Shown piece after piece: positions 10,663 through 19,718 of a stretch of 64,000 bases of DNA. Where the stretch lies: contig JBHLOY010000008.1 of NCBI GenBank assembly GCA_048939995.1, positions 106,835 to 170,834 on the forward strand, in the 5' to 3' direction. Within the stretch, counting starts at the first letter, position 1; every line of letters starts with the position of its first letter. Both the position numbers and the translations under genes were made by a program. This DNA is from Promethearchaeota archaeon (GTDB lineage: Archaea > Asgardarchaeota > Lokiarchaeia > Sigyniarchaeales > SOKP01). The notes under the pieces were generated by a model. The model saw nothing but the letters and a program-made list of their open reading frames with translations, ran no database searches and was not told the DNA's origin.

Positions 10663-10894
10663 ATTTTATATAAGAAATTTCTTCCTTATAAACTTTTTCC
10701 CCGATTTCTGATTTTTCTTATTAATCCTATTTTTCACTGTTAAAAAATTTATAGAAAAGGGGGATGGAAATAAGCTCACTGACTCAACAATCATTAAATT
10801 TATTTAGGACCTATAAATCCTTCAATAAGAATTAATCTTTAGATATATAATTTATATAGGAAATAGATAAATTGGTCAAAATTAAAAAGTAGAT

Positions 10895-11608
10895 ATGATA
10901 AAAGCAATAACTTTTGATCTTTGGAATACTTTGTTCGAAAATAAATCATTCTCGAAAATCAGATTAGATTTTCTTGAAAATTTCCTACAAAAAAAGAATT
11001 ATGACTATAACTTCAAAACTATTAAGGATTCCTATGAAAACTCCTTTAAATTTTTAGATTATAAAGAAAGTGGTTTTGATTTCCATCATATATATATTGA
11101 AGAAAGAATCTCAAGTATGGTTAACAAGCTAAAACTTCAAATTTCTGATGCCGAAAAGAAAATTATTAAGAAAAATTTGGAGGAGGCTATGTTAAAAGAT
11201 CCTCCATTATTAAAAAAAAGCGTTAAAAGAACTTTAGAAATTCTTTCAGAAAATTATAAAATTGGTCTTATTTCAAATACAGGTATTACTCCCGGCTATG
11301 TAATAATTGACATTTTTCAAAAATATGATATTCTTAGATATTTTCAAGTTACCATTTTCTCTGATGAAATCGGCTATTATAAACCACATTCATTATTGTT
11401 TGAATATGCTCTTAAGAAGCTCCAAAGTAAACCGGAGCATGCTGTTCATATTGGAGATTTATTACATACAGACGTTAAAGGTGCAAAGAGTTATGGGATG
11501 CGAGCTATTTGGTTTAACGATACTAATCAAGTAAAAGCACCAGAAATCCAACCGGATTATGAGGTAAAAGAGATGTTAGAAATAGTAGATATAATTAAAA
11601 CGTTTTAG
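10895..11608 (+). CDS. HAD-superfamily hydrolase
   Basis: FDLWNTL, ISNT, KP, HIGD..TDVKGA. Confidence 0.9.
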   Translation: MIKAITFDLWNTLFENKSFSKIRLDFLENFLQKKNYDYNFKTIKDSYENSFKFLDYKESGFDFHHIYIEERISSMVNKLKLQISDAEKKIIKKNLEEAMLKDPPLLKKSVKRTLEILSENYKIGLISNTGITPGYVIIDIFQKYDILRYFQVTIFSDEIGYYKPHSLLFEYALKKLQSKPEHAVHIGDLLHTDVKGAKSYGMRAIWFNDTNQVKAPEIQPDYEVKEMLEIVDIIKTF

Positions 11609-11617
11609 TGATAATAA

Positions 11618-12643
11618 ATGAAAGTAATTGAAGAGATCAATAGAAGAAGAGAAGTAATTGCCTATATCTTGTTAATAATTGCTGGAATAATATGGGGGGG
11701 AACATGGCCTCTTGGAAGATGGTTGGTCTTTGAAGGTTTTGGACAAACTATCCCTCCATTGATGATTGCAACAATCCGATACATTCTAGCAGTTATTTGC
11801 TTTTTTCCTCTGCTTAAGCTTCGGGATGGAACGATAAATTGGCAATTTGCAAGAGCAAATTGGAAAATTTTAATGTTTATGGGATTAACCTCCGTTACAA
11901 TATATCAAATAGGCTATCTCTTTGGTGAAATGTTTACTGCAGCAAGTGATGCAAGTATAGTTGTCGCTACAAATGCCATCTGGGTGGTAATACTTTCTAG
12001 TTTTTTCTTAAAAACAGAATTTTTTAGTTGGAAAAAGCTTTTTGGAACCCTTGTAGCATTCACAGCTGTAATTATCGTTGTAGGGTTCTCTAAGAATATA
12101 GAAGTGTCAAATAGAATCTTTGGAGACCTCTTAATATTAATTGGGGCATTTTCCTATGCAACTTACACTATAACCTCACGTGTTTTTTTAAATAAAACTG
12201 CTGGTGTACCTGAATCGTACCAACCAAGCTCTTTATGGATAATAACGTGGGTCTCATTTTTTGGTCTTTTAACAACCGCTCCAATAGCTTTACTTATTAG
12301 CCCTCAATATCTTAACCCAATAGAATATTTTACTATTCCTCCTCGTATATGGTTTGGAATTGCATACTTAGCATTTCTATCAACTGTCGGAGCATATACG
12401 TTTTATCTAGAAGGAGTCAAACGCTTAAATGCTAGCAGAGCAGCAATATTTCAAACACTTGTACCATTATTTGGAGTAGTTTTCTCAGCTATATTTCTAC
12501 AAGAACCTTTTGATGTTTTCGTTTACCCTTTCGCCTTATCTTTAGTAATTCTAGGCATAACGCTTGTAAATATTTCCCCAAAAAAAACTCAAAGCTTTGA
12601 TAAGGTCGAAGAAAAGCCTCCACATTTAAAAAATGAAAATTGA
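11618..12643 (+). CDS. EamA/DMT family transporter
   Basis: IWGGTW, about 10 TM segments in two EamA repeats. Confidence 0.88.
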   Translation: MKVIEEINRRREVIAYILLIIAGIIWGGTWPLGRWLVFEGFGQTIPPLMIATIRYILAVICFFPLLKLRDGTINWQFARANWKILMFMGLTSVTIYQIGYLFGEMFTAASDASIVVATNAIWVVILSSFFLKTEFFSWKKLFGTLVAFTAVIIVVGFSKNIEVSNRIFGDLLILIGAFSYATYTITSRVFLNKTAGVPESYQPSSLWIITWVSFFGLLTTAPIALLISPQYLNPIEYFTIPPRIWFGIAYLAFLSTVGAYTFYLEGVKRLNASRAAIFQTLVPLFGVVFSAIFLQEPFDVFVYPFALSLVILGITLVNISPKKTQSFDKVEEKPPHLKNEN

Positions 12644-12696
12644 AAGTCGGTTGTAAATTAATTTATTCAAAATAACAAGATTAAAAAAAAGTTAAA

Positions 12697-14823
12697 TTAT
12701 AATTTTCTTTTCTTTTTACGCCAAATTAACACTAGGGTTGTTATGGCTATAACCGCTCCGACACTAATAGTAGAGATCACAATAATGAGTTCAATAGGAA
12801 TATCTTCATTTTTGGGAATAACCTCAACATTAACAATATCATATGCTAATTTATATGTATTTGAAACGTAGATCTCATATTTATATGTACCAACAGAAAG
12901 ATCATCTAAATCAACAATTATGGGAACATTATTTTGCCAAGTACCTGTTTCATTAGGAGGAGGAGGAACAAGTAAATATGCTCGATTAATATAGATATCA
13001 TATGATGGATTTGCAAGCTCTTCAGCAGTTATTATCCAAGTTATATTATTTCCCGTAGAACCCTTTATAAATGACATATCTCCTGAACTAATAATATTTA
13101 TACTATATGAGTCCTTCCATTTATAATAGTAGAAATAAGTCCTTTGTAAGACATTTTGATTAAAACCAGTGAGATCAATGTGATGAGCGTCATACATCTT
13201 GCTGACATCAAGCCAAGCCATTGGTATAAGTTCTTCAACAAGATATCTTTGAATTTCATTATAAATTCCATTCCTTAGAATTGGATCAACTTCTTCTGTC
13301 CCTAATTCGATGAGATTTTGAAGATAAGAATCACTGCTAAATCCAAACATCCAACGAAATATTGAAGAATTTGAGAACATTGAGTTAATATAATTGGAAG
13401 GATCATTATAATCAGCAAGCCAACCCCCGACCCAGGTATCAATCCAATTAGAATCTATTTGCATACTATCCACCCATGTAATCCAATCTGTTTCTCTCTT
13501 ACTAAGATTAACGCCTATCGTTCTGAAAGTCCTATTTAGTGAAGTAAAGAGATCCTTATGAAATTGATTTGTATTTAATACCCACATTGAAAAATTGAGT
13601 TTTCCAGTATCTGCTAAGGCATCCCAATTTGAATCATCTGGTCCTGGATAGCTTGGATTTAGACTACTCCCATGTCCTATACTCTGGATAATTTCTCTTG
13701 CTTTAGTTATATTAAAGTAAGGATAATTTAAAGTTGCATTAGAATATAAAATCCCTGGAGGAATAGGAGATTTTAATCTAATTGAAGTCCCTTCATGTAA
13801 TTCATCAATAATGTCTGTATAATTTACAGCATAAGAAAAAGCTTCACGAAGTGTTTCATTTAATGTGTTGTAATTAAACACTAAATATCTTGCTAGACTA
13901 TTTGTTTTTCCATCATCAACGACTACTAAATCTGAATCAGCTTTAAACATATCAATATATGCTGGAAGGGGGGGATCTATAAAATCAATATTATGCGCCA
14001 ACATTGCCATATTCAAAGTTATAGGATCAGAAAAGTATGCGAATACCATCCGTTCAATATTGGCTTTTTCTCTCCAATAACTTTCAAATGCATGAAATCT
14101 AGCCTCTAATCCCGAAACATAATATTCAAAAACATAAGGACCAGTACCAATAATTTGATCTGTTCCTAAATTTAACTTATTAAAAAATGGTGTCGAGTTC
14201 ATGGACAGCATAGCAAAAGCTGAATGTGTCAATAAGTTAAACACACCAGCATTAGGTTTGGTTAACACTAATTTAATTGCATACTCATTAACAATTTCAA
14301 CTTTATTGAAGATTGGTGTTATTCCATCTTCCCAATAACCTAGGTAAGTTGCATATCCCAGAATCTCATAAGAAGGTAATAATCCAGAAATGTTCCACCA
14401 ATAACTCATTCTATCAAAATTCCACTTTACTACTGTTGAATTGAACTCAGATCCATCATGAAAAGTGACTCCCTGCCGTAAATATAAAGTAATATTAAGT
14501 TCTTCAACTGGCTCTAAATCATAGCCTGTCGCCAATAGCGATAATAATGGCAATGATGGATCAGAATAGTTATAAGTGAATAATGTCTCAACTACTTGGT
14601 CTATAATGATACTTGAACTACGGTCTGTGCAATCAACAGGATCTAAACTGTTTGGAGCTGAAGATGAGCCGTACAAAAATGTGTTATCAATGGGAGGAAG
14701 ATTACTTTTTAAAATTTTATTGAATTCACTTTCTGATTTACTATCTGCTATTCTTATCGTACTATTAAAGGTAGAGATTAAAAGAAATAAAAATATTACA
14801 TATAGAATTGCCCTTTTTCTCAT
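12697..14823 (-). CDS. OppA/DppA-type ABC substrate-binding protein with C-terminal Ig-like domain and TM anchor
   Basis: Signal peptide, SLDP, LRQGVTFHDGSEFN, GTGPY, WLADYNDP; C-terminal beta-rich domain, TM segment and KKKRK. Confidence 0.88.
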   Translation of the reverse strand: MRKRAILYVIFLFLLISTFNSTIRIADSKSESEFNKILKSNLPPIDNTFLYGSSSAPNSLDPVDCTDRSSSIIIDQVVETLFTYNYSDPSLPLLSLLATGYDLEPVEELNITLYLRQGVTFHDGSEFNSTVVKWNFDRMSYWWNISGLLPSYEILGYATYLGYWEDGITPIFNKVEIVNEYAIKLVLTKPNAGVFNLLTHSAFAMLSMNSTPFFNKLNLGTDQIIGTGPYVFEYYVSGLEARFHAFESYWREKANIERMVFAYFSDPITLNMAMLAHNIDFIDPPLPAYIDMFKADSDLVVVDDGKTNSLARYLVFNYNTLNETLREAFSYAVNYTDIIDELHEGTSIRLKSPIPPGILYSNATLNYPYFNITKAREIIQSIGHGSSLNPSYPGPDDSNWDALADTGKLNFSMWVLNTNQFHKDLFTSLNRTFRTIGVNLSKRETDWITWVDSMQIDSNWIDTWVGGWLADYNDPSNYINSMFSNSSIFRWMFGFSSDSYLQNLIELGTEEVDPILRNGIYNEIQRYLVEELIPMAWLDVSKMYDAHHIDLTGFNQNVLQRTYFYYYKWKDSYSINIISSGDMSFIKGSTGNNITWIITAEELANPSYDIYINRAYLLVPPPPNETGTWQNNVPIIVDLDDLSVGTYKYEIYVSNTYKLAYDIVNVEVIPKNEDIPIELIIVISTISVGAVIAITTLVLIWRKKKRKL

Positions 14824-15098
14824 TATAATCCTCTTAATTATTTCATTTTAGATTACGTATATGCACGAGATATAAAAAACTTAGATAAACGGCTATATAA
14901 CGATATTGCTTATACATTTTTGTAAATGGCTCAGTAATGATTAGATTCACCCTTGTATTTATATCCTAAGAGAAAAAATTCCAATTAATGTTAAAAAAAG
15001 AAGTTAATTTATAATATTGGTTTTATAGTATAACGTCAATTTTTAAATTAGACTCTGAAATATCTTAATAAAGATTCTTAAAATATGAGGTTTATATT

Positions 15099-15419
15099 AT
15101 GAGTTTAGATTTCAACTTCTACTTAAACTTAATTTGCTCTATTGGAGGCATCATCTTTTTTATATACAGCCTATACTTAATTAGGAAAATTAAAAAGTTA
15201 TTTCCAGGAGGTAAAGTCACTAAAAAATGGCTTCTCAGGCAGAGTTTAATTATTATATTTCTGGCAGGCTACATTCTAAACATTATATTTCTTTTGTATG
15301 ATTTAGTTGATTTAGTCGCTATTATGACAGCTTTAGTTTATTTCTTTGGTGGATTATTTGTTTTTATTATCATTAAATTAGTTCATAAAACTTATAAAAC
15401 CATACTTTTATCGAAATAA
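15099..15419 (+). CDS. Small three-TM membrane protein
   Basis: Three hydrophobic segments; GAGG RBS. Confidence 0.6.
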   Translation: MSLDFNFYLNLICSIGGIIFFIYSLYLIRKIKKLFPGGKVTKKWLLRQSLIIIFLAGYILNIIFLLYDLVDLVAIMTALVYFFGGLFVFIIIKLVHKTYKTILLSK

Positions 15420-15450
15420 TAGAAGAACTTTGGATTTTGTCCATAGAAGG

Positions 15451-15508
15451 CTCTGATTAACCTATTTAACTGGAATAACTCCATATCTTATAATAGTTTT
15501 AATCAGAG
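15451..15508. repeat. Imperfect inverted repeat/hairpin between convergent genes
   Basis: CTCTGATTAA (15451-60) pairs with TTAATCAGAG (15499-508); inner CTATT/AATAG and TGGA/TCCA stems. Confidence 0.5.
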
Positions 15509-15574
15509 TAACTATAATAATTTATAGTAAGTTTGCAACAAGTAGAAAGGACTAATAAGCTAGCAGTTGATTAA

Positions 15575-16054
15575 TTATGATTTAGGGATAATAATGGAAT
15601 GATCTTCCTTTATCCTGTCTAAAACGAGCTGGGTTTTTATTTCTTCTACTTCTGGAAGATTACGGAGATTCTCAATCAGTTTCATAGAATCTTCATGATC
15701 AAGACATTTAGCCATTATAAAGATTGGATAATCTCCTGTGATAACATAGGCGTATTTAATTTTATCCATCCGTTCAATTTCCTCTTTAATTTGCTGAAGT
15801 GGTTTCCTTGAATTCACTCGAAGGGACGCAATTACCATCTCCCGATAGTTTAATTTTCGGCAGTCTATAATCGCCATGTACTTTTTAATAAAAGTCTCTT
15901 CTAATTTCTGAATACGAGCCCTTATTGCCGTCTGGCTCATATTAGTCTGTTCTGCAATTTCTCGAATTGTTATTTTACCATCTTCTTGTAATAACTCTAA
16001 AATTTGTTTATCAATCGCATCAAGCGTTCCAGGGGTAGAATTTGCTATTACCAT
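15575..16054 (-). CDS. Lrp/AsnC family transcriptional regulator, divergent from the tusA-dsr-hdr operon
   Basis: LDAIDKQILELLQEDGK HTH; ITGDY RAM-domain motif. Confidence 0.92.
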   Translation of the reverse strand: MVIANSTPGTLDAIDKQILELLQEDGKITIREIAEQTNMSQTAIRARIQKLEETFIKKYMAIIDCRKLNYREMVIASLRVNSRKPLQQIKEEIERMDKIKYAYVITGDYPIFIMAKCLDHEDSMKLIENLRNLPEVEEIKTQLVLDRIKEDHSIIIPKS

Positions 16055-16313
16055 TTAAAAACTCCTTTTTGAAAAAATTATAATTTATTATAGATCATTA
16101 ATTATTAATTGCCTTTTATACTTATATTTTTTTTCACTAAGAATCAACTAATAAAAGTTTTATTTCACTAATAATGCTTTCGATTGTAAATTATTTAGCT
16201 ATGATTTAAATATGAGAAAGTATTTTTATCCATAAAGTAATTCACATTTAAATTATTGTGATTGAAAAAGTTGAAAAAACAGATAAAATAACTAAAAAAG
16301 GTGGAAATTTTAA

Positions 16314-16538
16314 ATGTCGGATTTAACACTTGATTGTTTAGGAAAGAAATGTCCAATGCCAGTTTTAATGACCAAAAAAGAATTGAAGAAGTTGAGTCCA
16401 GGTCAGACACTTGAGTTGGTAGTTGATGATAAGGGAGCATTAAAGGATGTACCTGCATTATTGACTAAAACTGGTGATGAATTGCTTGAAACAAGAGAAG
16501 ATAATGGTAGAATTACATTCGTGATTAAGAAAGCCTAG
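16314..16538 (+). CDS. tusA: TusA/SirA sulfur carrier
   Basis: LDCLGKKCPMP, CPxP motif; 74 aa. Confidence 0.92.
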   Translation: MSDLTLDCLGKKCPMPVLMTKKELKKLSPGQTLELVVDDKGALKDVPALLTKTGDELLETREDNGRITFVIKKA

Positions 16539-16550
16539 AAAAAGGAGAAC

Positions 16551-16925
16551 ATGAGAATGTCAACATATACTTTCATGATATCTACTGAGCCGTATAAGTT
16601 CGAAGCAGTTGATACTTTGCTTAATTTATGTAGAGCAGTGTTACAAAAAGGACATAATATTAAGGGAATATTTTTTTACGGAAGCGGTGTCTATAATATT
16701 AAAAAAGATATTGAAACTGGTATTACTGTTCGTAATTTACCAGCACGTTTGGAAGAATTTATTAAGGAGAATCAGATTCCAGTCGCTGGGTGTACAACAT
16801 GGATTGGACTTTGTGGATTAAATGAGCATTGTTTTATTGATGGTGCAAAAGAAGAAGGATTGGGTGAATTGTCCAATTGGACAGCAGAATCAGATAAACT
16901 AATAATGTTTGGAACAGGGGGATAA
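16551..16925 (+). CDS. dsrE: DsrE/TusD sulfurtransferase
   Basis: EPY, IFFYGSGVY, active-site-position Cys in VAGCTTW, GLGEL. Confidence 0.85.
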   Translation: MRMSTYTFMISTEPYKFEAVDTLLNLCRAVLQKGHNIKGIFFYGSGVYNIKKDIETGITVRNLPARLEEFIKENQIPVAGCTTWIGLCGLNEHCFIDGAKEEGLGELSNWTAESDKLIMFGTGG

Positions 16926-16930
16926 GGAAA

Positions 16931-17299
16931 ATGATCAAATCGGTTGTAATAGTAAGTGACCAATCTCCAGTCGGAAAAAACTCTGCCATTGAAGCTTTAA
17001 GGCTAGGGTCAGGATTTAGGGGATTAGGGGAGGAGATTGACTGCCAGGTGGTACTTATGGGTGATGCGGTTTACTTATTGAGTAAACACGCAGATCCCTC
17101 TAAAATTGGAGTTGATTCTTTTGATGAACCAATGGAAATGGCGGAATTGTCTGATTTAGAAATATCAGTACTTGACAGCGCTATAAGTGATGCTGGATTA
17201 ACAAAAGAAGATCTTGTGGAATTTGAGGGTTTAAAGATAATCGATCTCAAAACTCTTGCAGAAATAATCGAAAATGCCGATACTACATTTAGATTCTAA
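16931..17299 (+). CDS. dsrF: DsrF/TusC family protein
   Basis: SPVG..SAIEALR, LMGDAVY; directly follows dsrE. Confidence 0.8.
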   Translation: MIKSVVIVSDQSPVGKNSAIEALRLGSGFRGLGEEIDCQVVLMGDAVYLLSKHADPSKIGVDSFDEPMEMAELSDLEISVLDSAISDAGLTKEDLVEFEGLKIIDLKTLAEIIENADTTFRF

Positions 17300-17313
17300 G
17301 GTGGTGAATAAAA

Positions 17314-17655
17314 GTGGAAAAAGTTATTGATATGGTATATCTTTTTGGATTTAGTCCTAGATTTGGGAATGAATTAAACCGATTAGTACCAATTCTAAAA
17401 AGCCAGATAGAAAAAGGAAAGAAAATAAGCATAGTGTTCATTCATGATGGCGTTATTGGTACTAGTTCAAAAGGAAAAATTACAGAATCAGTGAATATAC
17501 TTAGAGGGTTAATGCTTAAGAAATATGTTATGACTCCTGACTTAGCCGCAAGAGGAATTCCATTAGAGCATATTCAAGAAGATTTACAGCCCATAGATTA
17601 TATGGAGCTTGTTGATATAATGGAGAATAGTAATAAAATTATCTCATGGATGTAA
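17314..17655 (+). CDS. dsrH: DsrH/TusB family protein
   Basis: FIHDGV, DLAARGI, IDYMELVD, ends ISW. Confidence 0.85.
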   Translation: MEKVIDMVYLFGFSPRFGNELNRLVPILKSQIEKGKKISIVFIHDGVIGTSSKGKITESVNILRGLMLKKYVMTPDLAARGIPLEHIQEDLQPIDYMELVDIMENSNKIISWM

Positions 17656-17782
17656 TTTAAGAAAAAATAGATAAAGTAAATTCAAAAATATTTTTTAAAA
17701 CAAATAAATCATGGTTAACAAATAGTTAACTCACATAATTAACAAAATCAAAACAAACAAATTTAAAAAAAAGGTGTAAATT

Positions 17783-18199
17783 TTGGTAGAAAAAATGAAC
17801 TTTATTGTAAAAGACAAATCTTTTGAAAAGTTTATGATGATGACAATCTTGGGAACCACTGGAAGTGCAATGGATGTGGAAATGAATTTCTTTTTCACTT
17901 TCTGGGGATTAAACCTTTTAAAGAAGAAGTTTAAGCCCAAAGTAGCCGGAATGCCAACACCTATGAAAGGTATGGCAGCTGGAATGTTCAGGAAACGATT
18001 AAAGAAATTTGGTATGGAAGATCCATGGGCCTTGATCAAAGAAGCTATTGACGAGGGAAAAATGAAACTATATCCATGTCAAATGACAATGGATTTAATG
18101 AACATTAAAAGAGAAGAAATGTGGGATTTTGTAGAAGATCCTATCGGTGCAGCTGGTTTCATAGAAATGGCTGATGGTGGCCAAGTAGTCTCATTATAA
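17783..18199 (+). CDS. DsrE2-type (DrsE_2) sulfurtransferase
   Basis: FFFTFWGL and CQMTMDLM signatures. Confidence 0.85.
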   Translation: MVEKMNFIVKDKSFEKFMMMTILGTTGSAMDVEMNFFFTFWGLNLLKKKFKPKVAGMPTPMKGMAAGMFRKRLKKFGMEDPWALIKEAIDEGKMKLYPCQMTMDLMNIKREEMWDFVEDPIGAAGFIEMADGGQVVSL

Positions 18200-18239
18200 A
18201 AATTTTTTTTTTTATTTTATATTTAAAGAGGATGATAAA

Positions 18240-18800
18240 ATGTCTGATGTGGAAGAAGAACAACATCGGGAATTTATGATTGATGAGGATTTTGACTCAG
18301 AGTTTTTTAGAAATATTGAACGTAGATCAAATATATTAAAATGTATCCAATGCGGCACTTGTACTGCCAGTTGTGAAAGCGGAAGATGGACCGCATTAAA
18401 AACACGTTCAATTATCAGGAAAGTTGTGCTAGGAGATTTATCGGTATTAAAGGATCCTGATATTTGGTTATGCACAACATGTTATCAGTGTTATGAACGA
18501 TGCCCACGAGATGTAAGGCCTACAGATGTAATTATGGAATTACGAAATTATGCTACTAAGTTAGGAAACATTTCTCCTAATCATAGAGCGGTTGTTGGAT
18601 ACTTGAAACAATTTGGGCATGCAGTACCCATAAATGATGAGATAAGGAAGCGAAGAGTTGAATTAGGTTTAGAAGAATTACCTCCTACTGCATTCAAGTT
18701 TAAGCAAGAGGGGGATGATAAAGATTTAAAAAATATTGAAGAAAAAATGTTTGATTTACCTCCTGTTAAGGAGGAAAAAAAGAAAAAAGAGGAGGCATAA
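18240..18800 (+). CDS. hdrC: Heterodisulfide reductase subunit C
   Basis: CIQCGTCTASC and WLCTTCYQCYERCP; GHAVPIN. Confidence 0.95.
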   Translation: MSDVEEEQHREFMIDEDFDSEFFRNIERRSNILKCIQCGTCTASCESGRWTALKTRSIIRKVVLGDLSVLKDPDIWLCTTCYQCYERCPRDVRPTDVIMELRNYATKLGNISPNHRAVVGYLKQFGHAVPINDEIRKRRVELGLEELPPTAFKFKQEGDDKDLKNIEEKMFDLPPVKEEKKKKEEA

Positions 18801-18803
18801 AAA

Positions 18804-19718
18804 GTGGTAAAAGAAAAAACTTTTGCGTTTTTCCTTGGTTGTATCATGCCCAACCGTTATCCTGCGATTGAAAAGTCAACCAAATTTGTTATGGAAAAGT
18901 TAGGATACGAGATTTTAGACATGGAAAGAGCAACATGTTGTCCTGCACCTGGTGTATTTCGCTCATTTAACAAATTTGATTGGATGGTTGCAGCAGCTAG
19001 AAATCTTTGTATCGCTGAAAAAATGGATGCTGATATTTTAACAGTATGTAATGGTTGTTTTGGTACACTTCAAGAAGTAAATAAACATCTTAAAGAAAAT
19101 GAAGATCATAGAGATAAGGTAAATGAGAAGTTGAAAGAAATTGGAGATTATCAGTTTCAAGGAAAAATCAACGTCCGACATGTAGCAGAAGTTCTGGGAT
19201 ATGAGGTTGGACCTTGGGGGATTGAAGATTATATTGTAAGGAAACTGAATGCTAAGGCGGCTGTTCATTATGGATGCCACTTTTTGAAACCAACAAGGAT
19301 TCGAGAAATTGAAAGTTCTGAAGGACCAACAATTATCGAAGAATTCGTGGAAGTCTTAGGAATACAATCAGTTAGATTTAAAGAACAACTAACGTGCTGT
19401 GGCGCAGGAGGAGGTGTAAAAGCATATTCAGGTGATGCAAGTATGACAATTTTTGCGGAAAAAATGAAGAATATTGATGAAGTGAAGCCAGATTTTATAT
19501 TAGATATATGTCCCTTCTGTCATTTACAGTTCGAATCGGGACAGGATTACTTAAACAAAAACAAGGCATGTAATTATGATTACCCTGTAATCCACCTTTC
19601 TCAATTAGTTGCATATTGTATGGGCATGGATCAAGAATTTGTGGGTTTACAATACCAATTAATGGGTCGGGATTATATTTTTGGGGAAGTTGAAGCGAAA
19701 AGAGAGGAGGTAGCGTAA
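18804..19718 (+). CDS. hdrB: Heterodisulfide reductase subunit B
   Basis: Two CCG domains: FLGC, CCPAPG, CNGC, HYGCH, CCGAGGG, CPFCHLQF. Confidence 0.95.
   Translation: MVKEKTFAFFLGCIMPNRYPAIEKSTKFVMEKLGYEILDMERATCCPAPGVFRSFNKFDWMVAAARNLCIAEKMDADILTVCNGCFGTLQEVNKHLKENEDHRDKVNEKLKEIGDYQFQGKINVRHVAEVLGYEVGPWGIEDYIVRKLNAKAAVHYGCHFLKPTRIREIESSEGPTIIEEFVEVLGIQSVRFKEQLTCCGAGGGVKAYSGDASMTIFAEKMKNIDEVKPDFILDICPFCHLQFESGQDYLNKNKACNYDYPVIHLSQLVAYCMGMDQEFVGLQYQLMGRDYIFGEVEAKREEVA

Noticed and set aside
15451-15508. Hairpin containing TGA/AGA considered as a SECIS or MITE
   Set aside because: The TGA is Watson-Crick paired, so no GA quartet forms; there is no second copy or target-site duplication. Kept only as a generic hairpin.
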